From positions 1 to 44,206 of IMG/VR virus record IMGVR_UViG_3300010376_000017: DNA of 44,206 nucleotides, one strand, 5' to 3'. Positions 1 to 8,648 of this stretch are shown one piece after another; within the stretch, counting starts at the first letter, position 1, and every line of letters starts with the position of its first letter. The stretch comes from a virus. Its lineage: Duplodnaviria > Caudoviricetes. The translations under genes and the position numbers were made by a program. A model generated the notes under the pieces. That model ran no database searches. It worked only from the letters and a program-made list of their open reading frames with translations, and was not told the DNA's origin.

Positions 1-123
1 CCGGTCACGAACCGCTGCTGGAACGCCCCGTACTCGCTGCTGACGATCATGTCGGTCACGATCTTGTTGACGGCGTTCTGCAAGGGGATCGCCGGTTCCA
101 GGTCGGAGTGCGGCGTGCCGAGC
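1..123. repeat. 123-bp direct terminal repeat, left copy (assembly overlap)
   Basis: Identical to 44084-44206; lies inside the portal CDS. Confidence 0.95.
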
Positions 124-797
124 AGCCCCGGCTTGTTCTCCAGCGGGATCACCGGCACGACCCCGAGCGTGTTCGTCTCCTCCGACGGGGCGTCGCTGCG
201 CTCGACCCATTCGATCGTCTGCCCCTGCACCTGCACCGGCTGCTCCGACTCCCACTTGAGCACGATGTCGGGCAGGTACAGGTTCACGTACTGGTAGCCG
301 TCGTCCCCCAGCCAGCGCTTGAGCGCCGCCAGGCGCTTGCGCCGGTCGCCGGGGTCGCTGGCGACGATCATCTGGGCCGGGTGCTCGACGCTGATCCGCG
401 GCGGGTCGCCGGTCGGGTCGACGAGCAGGTAGCAGCGGCCGCTCTTGCCGGTCTCGGTGTGCGCGATCACGCTCTCGACGTCGAGCGCGTTCTGCTGCCA
501 CAGCTCCCAGGCGGCCTCGTTCGGGCCGGAGCCGATCTCGAAGCCGACGATCGTCAGCCGCTCGACCGCCGAGTCGACGATGAGCTGGCACCAGTTGTCC
601 GCGAAGTGGTTGAACAGATTCGCGAACGCCTCCCGGTATTTCGTGGTCGCGAACTGCAAGGGGTGGTTGCCGTCGTAGTACGCCTCGTACAGCTCCACCC
701 AGGCGCGCTGGGAGGCGAGCTGGGCGAGCAGCAGCGTCCGCCAGTCCTCCGGCGTCCGTTCCGCCAGCCGCGGCGGCAGGGCGCCGGTGGCGGTCAC
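1..797 (-). CDS. Portal protein, N-terminal part (SPP1 gp6-like; continues across the contig join to 43378; ~500 aa total)
   Basis: Hand translation from GTG 797 (GTGA overlap with terL stop): ...LYEAYYDGNHPL...NWCQLIVDSAVERLTIVGF...; same frame as 43378..44166 across the join. Confidence 0.9.
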   Translation of the reverse strand, partial: MTATGALPPRLAERTPEDWRTLLLAQLASQRAWVELYEAYYDGNHPLQFATTKYREAFANLFNHFADNWCQLIVDSAVERLTIVGFEIGSGPNEAAWELWQQNALDVESVIAHTETGKSGRCYLLVDPTGDPPRISVEHPAQMIVASDPGDRRKRLAALKRWLGDDGYQYVNLYLPDIVLKWESEQPVQVQGQTIEWVERSDAPSEETNTLGVVPVIPLENKPGLLGTPHSDLEPAIPLQNAVNKIVTDMIVSSEYGAFQQRFVT

Positions 798-2236
798 AGG
801 AAGGCCGCCTGGGCGGGGCGCTCGTCCGCCTGGAGCACGTCGCAGCGGGCCTCGTAGGCGAGCACGGAGGCGACCGCGGCGTCGATCTTCTCGCGCTCGC
901 TCCTGCGGGTCAGCCAGTAGCCGCCGCGCACCTCCTTAGCTTGCGCGTTCAGCACATGCTTGTCCAGGACGGGGTTGGGGACGTGCGGCACCTCACCGGC
1001 GACGTTGTCGGTTCGGAATCTTTCCACAGCGTGCATCATCCGCGTTCGCGCCGTCCAGAAGCGCATCACCTGCGTCTCGCCGTACTCGTGTGCCCAGCCG
1101 TCGATCTCCGACTGCCAGAGCGGCGGGTCGAAGTAGCCGCGCGCGACCTTGAAGCGGCCCATCGCCGCGTTCAGCGCCCGGTCAACCTCCCCGGCGGGCA
1201 CCTCCCAGTTCGCGGGCGCGGGCGTGGTCGGCGCTTCCCAGACGTGCAGGAGCTGGAGCAGCCCGTCGTCGATCCGACAGGCGACCAGCGCGGTCGCGTC
1301 GCCGTAGCGGGCGCCGTCGAAGCCGAGCGCGACGTGGTCGCCGTCCGCGAGCTGCTCCGCGACGGCGTTCGCCTGCCAGACGTCGGGCACCATCCACCAG
1401 GCTTCCCCGGCCGCCCAGATGCCGCAGGCGAAGCGGAGCCACTGCCAGGGCAGCATCGAGGGCGAGTCGTGGCGGGCGCGCAGCTTCTCGACCGTTTGCG
1501 AGGCGAGCGGGTTGACCAGCTTCACGAGCTGCATGTCGTGCACGTCGTCGGCGTCCTTCAATGACCATTCGTGCATCGCGAAGGAGCTGTCGGCCGAGCG
1601 CGCGTACGTGTAGCGGCCGTCGAGCCGTGTGACGACGAGCGGTAGGTGTCTGGCGGAGGTGCGGAGCACGCCGAGCGTCCCGGCTTCGTTGTCCCCGGCG
1701 GTCGAGATGGTCAGCATCTGCCCGTTGCGGGGGCCGAGGCCGTCACGGAAGACGCCGTACAGCCCGGCGTTGCGGTGCCGGTGCAGCTCGTCTACCAGGG
1801 CGAGCGTGGGGATGACACCGTCGGCGCCGTCGACGTCGGAGGCGAGCACGCGGATCACCCCGGCGTCGGCCTTGTTGCGGATCTCCCGGTAGCCGGGCTT
1901 GAGGTCGGCGTGGACGGCCAGCCCGGGTGAGCGGCGAACGAAGCCGGAGGCCTGCTTGAAGAGGATCCCGGCCTGGTCGCGGGTGGCGGCGCCGATCACG
2001 CACTCGGCGTCGGCGGTGGTGATCAGGTGGTGGAGGGCGAGCGCGCCGAGCAGCGTCGTCTTGCCGTTCTTCTTCGGCAGCATCACCAGCGTCTCGGTGA
2101 TCCCGGCGAAGTAGTCGAACAGCATCCGGTGCTGGAAGTCCTCCAGCTCGAAGGGGTCGCCGTTCTCCAGTCTCAGGTGCGCGCAGAACTGCGCGAACGA
2201 CTCAAGCCGTGCTGGCGCGTCTGGCTGAGAGTTCAT
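794..2236 (-). CDS. terL: Terminase large subunit
   Basis: Walker A PKKNGKT, Walker B VDELH, ISTAG motif, nuclease LGFDG and KIDAAVA; start trimmed to ATG 2236. Confidence 0.95.
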   Translation of the reverse strand: MNSQPDAPARLESFAQFCAHLRLENGDPFELEDFQHRMLFDYFAGITETLVMLPKKNGKTTLLGALALHHLITTADAECVIGAATRDQAGILFKQASGFVRRSPGLAVHADLKPGYREIRNKADAGVIRVLASDVDGADGVIPTLALVDELHRHRNAGLYGVFRDGLGPRNGQMLTISTAGDNEAGTLGVLRTSARHLPLVVTRLDGRYTYARSADSSFAMHEWSLKDADDVHDMQLVKLVNPLASQTVEKLRARHDSPSMLPWQWLRFACGIWAAGEAWWMVPDVWQANAVAEQLADGDHVALGFDGARYGDATALVACRIDDGLLQLLHVWEAPTTPAPANWEVPAGEVDRALNAAMGRFKVARGYFDPPLWQSEIDGWAHEYGETQVMRFWTARTRMMHAVERFRTDNVAGEVPHVPNPVLDKHVLNAQAKEVRGGYWLTRRSEREKIDAAVASVLAYEARCDVLQADERPAQAAFL

Positions 2237-2711
2237 CGGGGACGAAGCGGGTGAACGGGTCGGACGGCTTCGTGTCCGGCTTCGCCGCCAGCTCGCGCTG
2301 CGTGATCCGCGCGAACGTCTCCGGCTGGGTGCGTTCGAGCATCCAGCCCGCGGCCTGCCAGGTACTGGGCGCCGAGGCGGCGATCGCGGCGACGAGCTTC
2401 GCCGTCCCGAACGCCTGCGCCTCCTCCGTCCGCTCCTTGAAGCGCTGGAACTCCGGGCGCTCGTCCCGCAGCCAGCCCGAGTACGTCGGGTAGGCGACAC
2501 CGACGGCGGCGCAGGCGATGGTCATCGGCACGCCCGAGCGAAGCATCGTGCAGACCTGGTCGGTCAGCTCGACCGTCAGCTTGCGCGGGCGGCCGACGAG
2601 GCCGAGGTGCGAGGCGCAGAGGTCGGTCATGTTCTTCGCGTAGTTCCGACAGGGCAAGCCGGTCGACGGGACCGTGGCCGAGCAGCGAATTCGCAGCGAT
2701 CTCTGCCTCAA
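2202..2711 (-). CDS. terS: Terminase small subunit (N-terminal Cys/His knuckle plus HTH)
   Basis: Directly upstream of terL; RC..T..G.PC..C..H then GRP.KLT, HTH-like segment and WQAAGWMLER. Confidence 0.7.
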   Translation of the reverse strand: MRQRSLRIRCSATVPSTGLPCRNYAKNMTDLCASHLGLVGRPRKLTVELTDQVCTMLRSGVPMTIACAAVGVAYPTYSGWLRDERPEFQRFKERTEEAQAFGTAKLVAAIAASAPSTWQAAGWMLERTQPETFARITQRELAAKPDTKPSDPFTRFVPDELSARRASTA

Positions 2712-2793
2712 CGATTTTCCCCACTGTTTCTCCCGGACGGCCGGAGCTGGGTACCGACTTCATGGCGGGGGTCCGATGCCGGTCGGCGCTGGC

Positions 2794-3120
2794 TCATGGG
2801 CGAGCCTCCTGCCGCCTGTCTGCTTGTGACTGGCCTCGCTGGTTGCAGTGGGCGCAGACCGAGATCATCTGTTCTGGAGCAGGGGTCGTGGGGCCGCCGA
2901 GCACGAGCGGCAGCAGATGTTCGATCTGACTGGCCTGTTGTCCACAGCGACGACAGATGTAGCGGTCACGTTCCAGCACCTGGAGTCTGACGGCGCGCAG
3001 CTTGCCATCCCGGCGTCCTGGCCGATGCCGAGCACACCACGTCTTACCAGCTTCTGCTGGCCTGGGGCAAGCGGGAACCCGGCAGGCTTGCCTACTTCGT
3101 GTGGCCCGACTGCTGGTCAC
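2794..3120 (-). CDS. HNH endonuclease (packaging-associated)
   Basis: VLERDRYICRRCG...EHLLPLVLGG...CAHCN; adjacent to terS; start uncertain. Confidence 0.85.
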   Translation of the reverse strand: MTSSRATRSRQACRVPACPRPAEAGKTWCARHRPGRRDGKLRAVRLQVLERDRYICRRCGQQASQIEHLLPLVLGGPTTPAPEQMISVCAHCNQRGQSQADRRQEARP

Positions 3121-3241
3121 GGATCCGGGCCGAGGCGAGCGCGGCAGCCTTCGTCTTCGACGAGCCGACCTGCTTGCGCGTCTCCTTGTTGACGATCTTG
3201 TACGGGCGCGATCCGCCCCGCTTGTGGACCGTGTGTGGCAT
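3092..3241 (-). CDS. Small basic hypothetical protein (49 aa, MPHTVHKRGGSRPYKIVNKETRK...)
   Basis: Below ORF-track cutoff; strong GGGAGG RBS; hand translated. Confidence 0.65.
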   Translation of the reverse strand: MPHTVHKRGGSRPYKIVNKETRKQVGSSKTKAAALASARIRDQQSGHTK

Positions 3242-3262
3242 CTCAACCTCCCTGTGACGACG

Positions 3263-3868
3263 TCATGCCGAACCAGAAGATTCGTGCTCCGAATCGTACG
3301 CCTGCTTGAGCTGGATCATCCTGCGCGTCTGCCAGGCCTTGCCGTACTCGGCGTCCGCGAACAGGCGCGCGAAGCCGGTGATGTGCTTGAGCCGGAGCAG
3401 CTCGTCGGCCTCCAGCCCCAGCTCGGCGCAGATCCGCTCGTCGGTCAGTCCCTGGTCGAGCATCCCGAACACGACCTGCGACATGCCCGCGATCGAGTGC
3501 TTGCCCCTGGCCCGGTTGTGCCGGATCGTCGAGGCCATCCGGCCTGCGAGCGGCGCCTCGATGATCACGACCGGGCAGAGGCCGCCGGTCAGCTCACGGA
3601 CGTCGTCGTAGCGCTTGAGCAGCAGCCAGCGGTGGAAGCCGTCGACGATCACGTACACGTCGCGCTCGCGCTCGTGCACGGTGACGACCGGCTGGGTGAA
3701 GCCGTCCGCCATCACCGAGGTGTGGAGCAGGCGCAGCTCGTTCGGCGCCACCTTGTTCGGGTTGTAGTCGTTCGCCTCGACCTTCTCGATCGGCACCCAG
3801 CGCACGTTCGAGACCGGCTGCGACTCGATCGCCGCCAGCAGTTCGTCGTTGACCTCGTGCAGTCTCAA
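3263..3868 (-). CDS. ibrB: IbrB/YbdM-like ParB/Srx-domain protein
   Basis: ANDYNPNKVAP, GFTQPVV, IVDGFHR, ASTIRHNRARGKH; start (TTG) uncertain. Confidence 0.85.
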   Translation of the reverse strand: MRLHEVNDELLAAIESQPVSNVRWVPIEKVEANDYNPNKVAPNELRLLHTSVMADGFTQPVVTVHERERDVYVIVDGFHRWLLLKRYDDVRELTGGLCPVVIIEAPLAGRMASTIRHNRARGKHSIAGMSQVVFGMLDQGLTDERICAELGLEADELLRLKHITGFARLFADAEYGKAWQTRRMIQLKQAYDSEHESSGSA

Positions 3869-3912
3869 TGCCCCATTCGGGTCATGGACTTTCGTGCGGG
3901 TGCCCGTACACT
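3868..3912 (+). promoter_or_regulatory. Phage promoter/operator, copy 1
   Basis: ATGCCCCATTCGGGTCAT-N4-TTTCGTGCGGG-N6-TACACT; ATG follows 6 nt after the -10 (leaderless). Confidence 0.75.
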
Positions 3913-3918
3913 TCGTGC

Positions 3919-4128
3919 ATGATCACTTACGCATACGCGATGACCAGACACGGCGAGGCGCAGCACGCCGTCAAGATGCGCGCGAACGGAACCGCCGACC
4001 CGACCACCGTCTGCGGCCGCAAGGCGACCTACGCCTACGGCCCGACCTTCACGGGCGACGAGGGAATCCAGCACCCCTGGAGATGCGACATCTGCCACCG
4101 CAAGATCACGACGACGAAGGAGACCTGA
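3919..4128 (+). CDS. Small hypothetical protein with Cys/His motif (VCG...CDIC), leaderless
   Basis: In-frame ATG just after promoter copy 1. Confidence 0.65.
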   Translation: MITYAYAMTRHGEAQHAVKMRANGTADPTTVCGRKATYAYGPTFTGDEGIQHPWRCDICHRKITTTKET

Positions 4129-4131
4129 ACC

Positions 4132-4401
4132 ATGCGCGTCCGCGTCTACAGCCACTTCCAGCGCCAGACCTGGGAAGGCAACGTCCCCGACGAGCACTGC
4201 GAGCCGGGCACGCCCGACAACTACACCAGCCGCGTCAACGAGCTGCTGTTCCGCTGCTTCAACCGCGTCGACCGGGAAGACGCCGACCGTCTTGAGGACT
4301 GGGGCTACGAGCTGCCCAGCCTGAGCGTTCACGACGTGATCACCTGGAACGGCCGCTCCTTCCAGGTGCAGCCGACCGGCTTCACCGAGATCACCGGCTG
4401 A
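4132..4401 (+). CDS. Hypothetical protein
   Basis: AAGGAG RBS; PSLSVHDVI..G..F.V...GF motif. Confidence 0.7.
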   Translation: MRVRVYSHFQRQTWEGNVPDEHCEPGTPDNYTSRVNELLFRCFNRVDREDADRLEDWGYELPSLSVHDVITWNGRSFQVQPTGFTEITG

Positions 4402-4578
4402 CCCGACGGCGACGAGGCGGCAAGACACGCCGCCTCCGTCGCTCGCACTGCACGGCCGACTTGCAGACGACCTTGTGCCGTCGATCGGCAGGAACCAGCG
4501 CCAGCCACGACGGCCGCACAACGTGCATTGCTTCGGCGGCGCCGGGCGCTCGCGCCGGATCACGAGCTGCTCGCTCAC
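4391..4578 (-). pseudogene. Possible frameshifted small zinc-finger gene
   Basis: CTLC in one frame and VCKSAVQC in the neighbouring frame, joined by a single missing base near 4475. Confidence 0.35.
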
Positions 4579-4745
4579 TCGGTCTCCACGGCCGCCGCAC
4601 GCAACTCGACCGTCCAGCCGTCGTCCTCCGTCCAGGTGACGGCAACCGAGTCGATCGGGCGGAACGTGCCCTCGCCGTCGACCAGGTAGACGTCGTCCTC
4701 CGGCCTGGCCCGCGCGAGCAGTTCGAGCAGCTCCTTGACGGTCAC
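4575..4745 (-). CDS. Small hypothetical protein (MTVKELLELLARARPEDDVYL...)
   Basis: GTGA coupling to upstream gene; common phage MTVKEL..L pattern. Confidence 0.65.
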   Translation of the reverse strand: MTVKELLELLARARPEDDVYLVDGEGTFRPIDSVAVTWTEDDGWTVELRAAAVETE

Positions 4746-5317
4746 GGGCGCGCACCCGACCTGGGCGCCGCCGCCGTCTTCGCCGCCTCCACGATCCCGT
4801 CGCGGATCTCGCCGCCGTTCAGCTTGTCCAGCAGGATCGGCAGCGCATCACCAGGCTCGTACGGCTCGTCGGTGTCGAAGGCCACCTGGAGCTTGTAGAC
4901 CGGCTTGCCGCCGCCCAGCCGGAGCGAGCTGAGACGCTTGTCCTCGACCACCTGGTGCGGCGAGTGCGCGTCCAGGCAGTAGTAGACGCCGGGACGCAGG
5001 ATCGGCGCGTCCGGGCGATCCTCCTGGCCGCGCAGCCGAAAGCCGTCGTTGCGCACGATCAGATGATGCGTGTACCTCGCGTAGGCCGGGTCAGTGTGGT
5101 ACGGCGTGCCGGAGCGCGTCGCCAGCCAGTGAACGCCGACCGGCCCCGTGTGCCCCCAGGACTTGAGCTTGCGCGAGGCGCCCGCGCCGAAGGCCAGCTC
5201 CAGCAGCTCGTCGGAGCACTCGATCTGCGGCGGGCCGAGCATCCCCGACTCCAGCCAGACGAGCGGCCAGGCCCGCTGGTCGCCCTGCAACACGTAGTCG
5301 GACTTCAAGACCGGCAT
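4742..5317 (-). CDS. Putative 2OG-Fe(II)/cupin-fold oxygenase
   Basis: HxD (YHTD) and distal H (LDAHSPHQV) with beta-strand pattern and late K..VAFD. Confidence 0.5.
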   Translation of the reverse strand: MPVLKSDYVLQGDQRAWPLVWLESGMLGPPQIECSDELLELAFGAGASRKLKSWGHTGPVGVHWLATRSGTPYHTDPAYARYTHHLIVRNDGFRLRGQEDRPDAPILRPGVYYCLDAHSPHQVVEDKRLSSLRLGGGKPVYKLQVAFDTDEPYEPGDALPILLDKLNGGEIRDGIVEAAKTAAAPRSGARP

Positions 5318-5655
5318 CAGGAACCTCGCTCTCGTCGCGGCTTCGGGTGCGGCGCGTCCTGCTTGCGCCGGTTGACGATCACGCCCTCGACGTACAGGCC
5401 CGGACTCGCCCAGTAGATGTAGCCGTCGTCCGGGTGCGTCCAGTAGGTGAAGGCGTGACCGAGGAACTCGCCCGGCTCGCCCTGCTCCCCGATGAAGGCG
5501 ATGAACTCGTCGCGGACCTCGTCCGGCGGAGCTGGCACGCCCGCCGTCTTCTTGCCCGGCAGCGAATACTCGTGCGGCCACTCCGGCACGCTCGCCGCCA
5601 CCTGCCAGCCCGCGGCCTTGATGAAGTCATCGGGTGAGAACACTCGCTCGGACAC
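5317..5655 (-). CDS. Conserved hypothetical protein (WPHEY...GY.YW...VNR), leaderless
   Basis: TATGCT -10 six nt before GTG; aromatic motif pattern. Confidence 0.7.
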   Translation of the reverse strand: MSERVFSPDDFIKAAGWQVAASVPEWPHEYSLPGKKTAGVPAPPDEVRDEFIAFIGEQGEPGEFLGHAFTYWTHPDDGYIYWASPGLYVEGVIVNRRKQDAPHPKPRRERGS

Positions 5656-5698
5656 CGGGCGAGCATATCGGATCCGTTCGCGCCTGCGAACGGAACTG

Positions 5699-6265
5699 CT
5701 AGGGGTTCGCGACCTTCTCCTGCTCGACGCCGAACTCGGCGCCGCACGAGGGGCAGATCACCTGGAGCAACTGCTGGTGCTCGCCGTCGAAGCGGTGCTC
5801 CAGCTCCTCCGACCTGTTGTCGATCTCCTCCTGGGTCGGGAACTCGTCCAGCTTCCTGAGCTTCTCCAGCAGCCCGACCACACCGGCGTCCTGCTCGTCG
5901 AAGGTCGAGAGCAGCGACTTGAGCGAGCCGTCGTCCGACCCGGCCAGCTCGCCCAGCGGATCCAGGGTCGCGAGCACGATCCGCTCCTCCGCCTCGTCCA
6001 GCTCGACGTAGGAGACGGGCACGGTCGGCTCGCCCCGATCGAGAGCGAGCGCGACCCGCAGGTGCCCGTCGACGAGGTGGCCGGAGCTGCGGTTGACGAT
6101 CACCGTCTGCACCCAGCCGACGCGATCGAGGACGCCCGCGAGTGCCCGAGACTGGTGCGCGTTGTGCAGCCGCCAGTTGCGCGGGTTGCCGACGAGCGTC
6201 GCCGGGTCGACGTCCTCGTGCCCGACGATCCGCGGCTCCCAGGTGCGTTCTGTGGTCGCGGACAT
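5699..6265 (-). CDS. ParB/Srx N-terminal-domain protein with C-terminal CxxC
   Basis: NPRNWRLH, GWVQTVIVN, LVDGHLR; ICPSCGAEF. Confidence 0.85.
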   Translation of the reverse strand: MSATTERTWEPRIVGHEDVDPATLVGNPRNWRLHNAHQSRALAGVLDRVGWVQTVIVNRSSGHLVDGHLRVALALDRGEPTVPVSYVELDEAEERIVLATLDPLGELAGSDDGSLKSLLSTFDEQDAGVVGLLEKLRKLDEFPTQEEIDNRSEELEHRFDGEHQQLLQVICPSCGAEFGVEQEKVANP

Positions 6266-6275
6266 CGGCTGGAGC

Positions 6276-6497
6276 TTACTCCCGGATCGCCGCTCGCGCG
6301 TGCGCCCTCCACTGCTCGGACATCCGCACGCCGAAGTGGGTCAGCGTGTGATCGAGGAACTCGATCAGCCGGTCGCGGTGCCGTCTCGCCTCGGCCAGCT
6401 CGGCCTCCAGCTTGTGCACGTGGTCGATCGCTACGTCGCGCTCGCGCCGCGCCTCGTTCAGCGCGGCCAGCGTCTTCGCCTGCTTCGGATCCATCAT
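6276..6497 (-). CDS. Small coiled-coil hypothetical protein
   Basis: Coupled ATGA start; heptad pattern. Confidence 0.6.
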   Translation of the reverse strand: MMDPKQAKTLAALNEARRERDVAIDHVHKLEAELAEARRHRDRLIEFLDHTLTHFGVRMSEQWRAHARAAIRE

Positions 6498-6700
6498 GCG
6501 ACCGTCACCCAGCGCATCGCCGTCCTGAGCAGGTGGTCGTAGTCGCCGGAGGTGCTCTCCTCGATGTAGGCGTCGCGCTCGCGCTGGGAGACGCCCGCGC
6601 GCCGGAGCGCCTCGGTCACGGCGCCCATGATCGCGTAGGCGTTGCCGTCGCGGCCCGTGAGCTGGACCTCGACGTCGGGGTACTTCGGAGTTGTGCTCAT
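6494..6700 (-). CDS. Conserved phage protein (DGNAY...SGDYDHLL family)
   Basis: Recurring phage motif; AAAGGA RBS. Confidence 0.75.
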   Translation of the reverse strand: MSTTPKYPDVEVQLTGRDGNAYAIMGAVTEALRRAGVSQRERDAYIEESTSGDYDHLLRTAMRWVTVA

Positions 6701-7191
6701 CGTCGTCCTTTCGTGTAGTGGTTCCATCCGGGTTGGTAGTAGCCGTAGACGCAGCGGGTGCCGTCGCGGCTCGGGTTGAAGGTGTCGTGGATCACACCGT
6801 CGAGCACGGTGGTCAGGTGGCGGGAGAGGCGGACGATCAGCCGCCCGAACGGGGGCAGCTCGCCCTCGCGCAGGTGAACCTGGCAGCCGGTGCCGATCCC
6901 CATCGTCGCCGTCCATTCCCAGCCGTGGTCGCGCAGGTAGCGGTCGTAGATCCGCCGGTTGACGCCCGTCCGTGGCGAGGCGTGCTTACGCGCGTTCTCG
7001 CCGTACCGCGCTTCGAGCTTGCGCATGAAGAAGCGGTCATCGAGCGTCGCCTGGAACAGCTCGTCGTAGACCTGGCGGTAGTCGGCGCCGCTGGCGATCG
7101 TGATCGCCCTCGTGACGCAGTCGCCGGTCTTGCCGGTGAAGCCAGCCGCCTCGCGGCCGCCGTCGTCGTAGACGTGCTGGAGCTGGCTCAT
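6697..7191 (-). CDS. Conserved phage protein, possible papain-like Cys-His-Asp fold
   Basis: GDCVTRA...RHLTTVLDGVIHDTFN. Confidence 0.65.
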   Translation of the reverse strand: MSQLQHVYDDGGREAAGFTGKTGDCVTRAITIASGADYRQVYDELFQATLDDRFFMRKLEARYGENARKHASPRTGVNRRIYDRYLRDHGWEWTATMGIGTGCQVHLREGELPPFGRLIVRLSRHLTTVLDGVIHDTFNPSRDGTRCVYGYYQPGWNHYTKGRR

Positions 7192-8045
7192 TCGGGCGGC
7201 CCCGTCCTCCAGACCGTCGGGCGGATGTCGAGCGGCTTGTCCTCGGGACCCTTGACGTACGGGTCTATCCACTTGAGGCGGCGCAGCTTGCGGTTGAAGC
7301 CGTGCGGCTGCTGTCGCCAGTGCCCTCGGACTAACCAGCGGTGCGTCCAGTTGACGCTCGTCGGCTCCTCGGCCCTGGTCGGCTTGTCCCGGCTGCCGAG
7401 GCTGAGCACGCGCAGCTCCGGCAGCTCGCGCTGCACGCGGCGCCGCTCGCCCCGTCCTGCGGTCACGGGCGGCCCGACCCGGGTCAGCCGGTGACCGAGG
7501 GCGGTGATGATGGAGACGAGTAACCGGGACGACTGGCTGATCACTCCCAGCTCGCCCGCTTGCATCAGGGAACCTGGCAGCCAGAAGCCGGTGATCAGAT
7601 CGGTCGGGTCGGCGCCTATCCAGATCAGGCCGATCGCCTGGATCTCGGCACGCTTGCCGTCCGCGTCTACGACCGTGGCCTCCGTCTGCGGGACTAACGC
7701 CAGCCCCTGAGCGAGCTGCTGCTCGCTCCGGTCGGGGACACGCTCGATCCTGCCGTCGCGCCCCTCGCGGGAGAGGATCGAGTGCTGGACGTTGAGCGGC
7801 GTCTCGAACAGGATCAGGACGCCGTCCGGCCAGCTCCAGCTCACCTCGGCCTCGGTCGGGAAGGCGATCGTCTCACCGGCCGGAACCGTCTCGGCCATCG
7901 CCTGCACGTAACGGAGCCAGTCCTCTTCGGCCAGCACCGTCGCCGTCGGGAGCATCTGGCCGTAGTTCATGCGGGCCAGCTCCCGGCGCGCGTCGAGCAC
8001 CTGGTCGGCGGAGTGGATCTCGTGTGTGGTGGTGTCGTCGCTCAT
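7188..8045 (-). CDS. Conserved phage hypothetical protein
   Basis: C-terminal HRWLVRGHWRQQ...WIDPYVKGP motif; AAGGAGGTGA RBS. Confidence 0.75.
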   Translation of the reverse strand: MSDDTTTHEIHSADQVLDARRELARMNYGQMLPTATVLAEEDWLRYVQAMAETVPAGETIAFPTEAEVSWSWPDGVLILFETPLNVQHSILSREGRDGRIERVPDRSEQQLAQGLALVPQTEATVVDADGKRAEIQAIGLIWIGADPTDLITGFWLPGSLMQAGELGVISQSSRLLVSIITALGHRLTRVGPPVTAGRGERRRVQRELPELRVLSLGSRDKPTRAEEPTSVNWTHRWLVRGHWRQQPHGFNRKLRRLKWIDPYVKGPEDKPLDIRPTVWRTGPPE

Positions 8046-8072
8046 GGGTTTCACCTCCTTTCGTTCGGCGGC

Positions 8073-8135
8073 TCGCACCCAGTATAGCAGACTTCCGTGC
8101 GGGGGTCAGAACGAAATGTGCTAGACTGGGTGCGA
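8073..8135. promoter_or_regulatory. Symmetric divergent promoter pair
   Basis: 17-bp inverted repeat (16/17) giving TGCTATACT (-) and TGCTAGACT (+) extended -10 boxes between divergent genes. Confidence 0.7.
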
Positions 8136-8159
8136 CCACGCATGAGAGGAGGTGAACGA

Positions 8160-8648
8160 ATGTCCAGGAGACGACAACGTCCGACGCAGCAGAAACGCCG
8201 CGCCTGGCAGCCGCTGGAACGAGCGACGATCGGGGACCCGGCGGGCTACGCCGCCCACGGCCTGACGCCGCCCGACCGCGCCTACCGCAACGACCTCTAC
8301 TCCGTCTTCATCCGCGAGATCGGGCACGGCGCGCAGCACGTCAGCTTCCACCGGCACGACCGCGCGGCCGTCCGCGACTGGAGGCACTACCAGGCGATCA
8401 AGAACGAGGTCGCCGGGCCGGAGGCGCTAGGGCTGGAGGTGTTCCCGCCCGAGTCCCGGCTAGTGGACACCGCGAACGAGTACCACCTGTTCACGATCCC
8501 GGCCGAGCTTGCCGACGACTTCCCCTTCCTGATCTCCGCCACCCGGCTCGTGCAGACGCAGGCCGAGGGCGAAGTGACGCTGGGGAGGTCGAAGATGCGC
8601 CAGCGCGAGTGGCAGCCGGGCCTGCCGACCGGGCCGGGCCATGAATGA
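8160..8648 (+). CDS. Conserved phage hypothetical protein
   Basis: DWRHYQAIKNEVAG...EVFPPESRLVDTANEYHL motif; GAGGAGGTGA RBS. Confidence 0.8.
   Translation: MSRRRQRPTQQKRRAWQPLERATIGDPAGYAAHGLTPPDRAYRNDLYSVFIREIGHGAQHVSFHRHDRAAVRDWRHYQAIKNEVAGPEALGLEVFPPESRLVDTANEYHLFTIPAELADDFPFLISATRLVQTQAEGEVTLGRSKMRQREWQPGLPTGPGHE

Noticed and set aside
3263-6265. ParABS plasmid-prophage partition system
   Set aside because: Both proteins are ParB/Srx N-terminal types associated with modification loci, and no ParA ATPase was found
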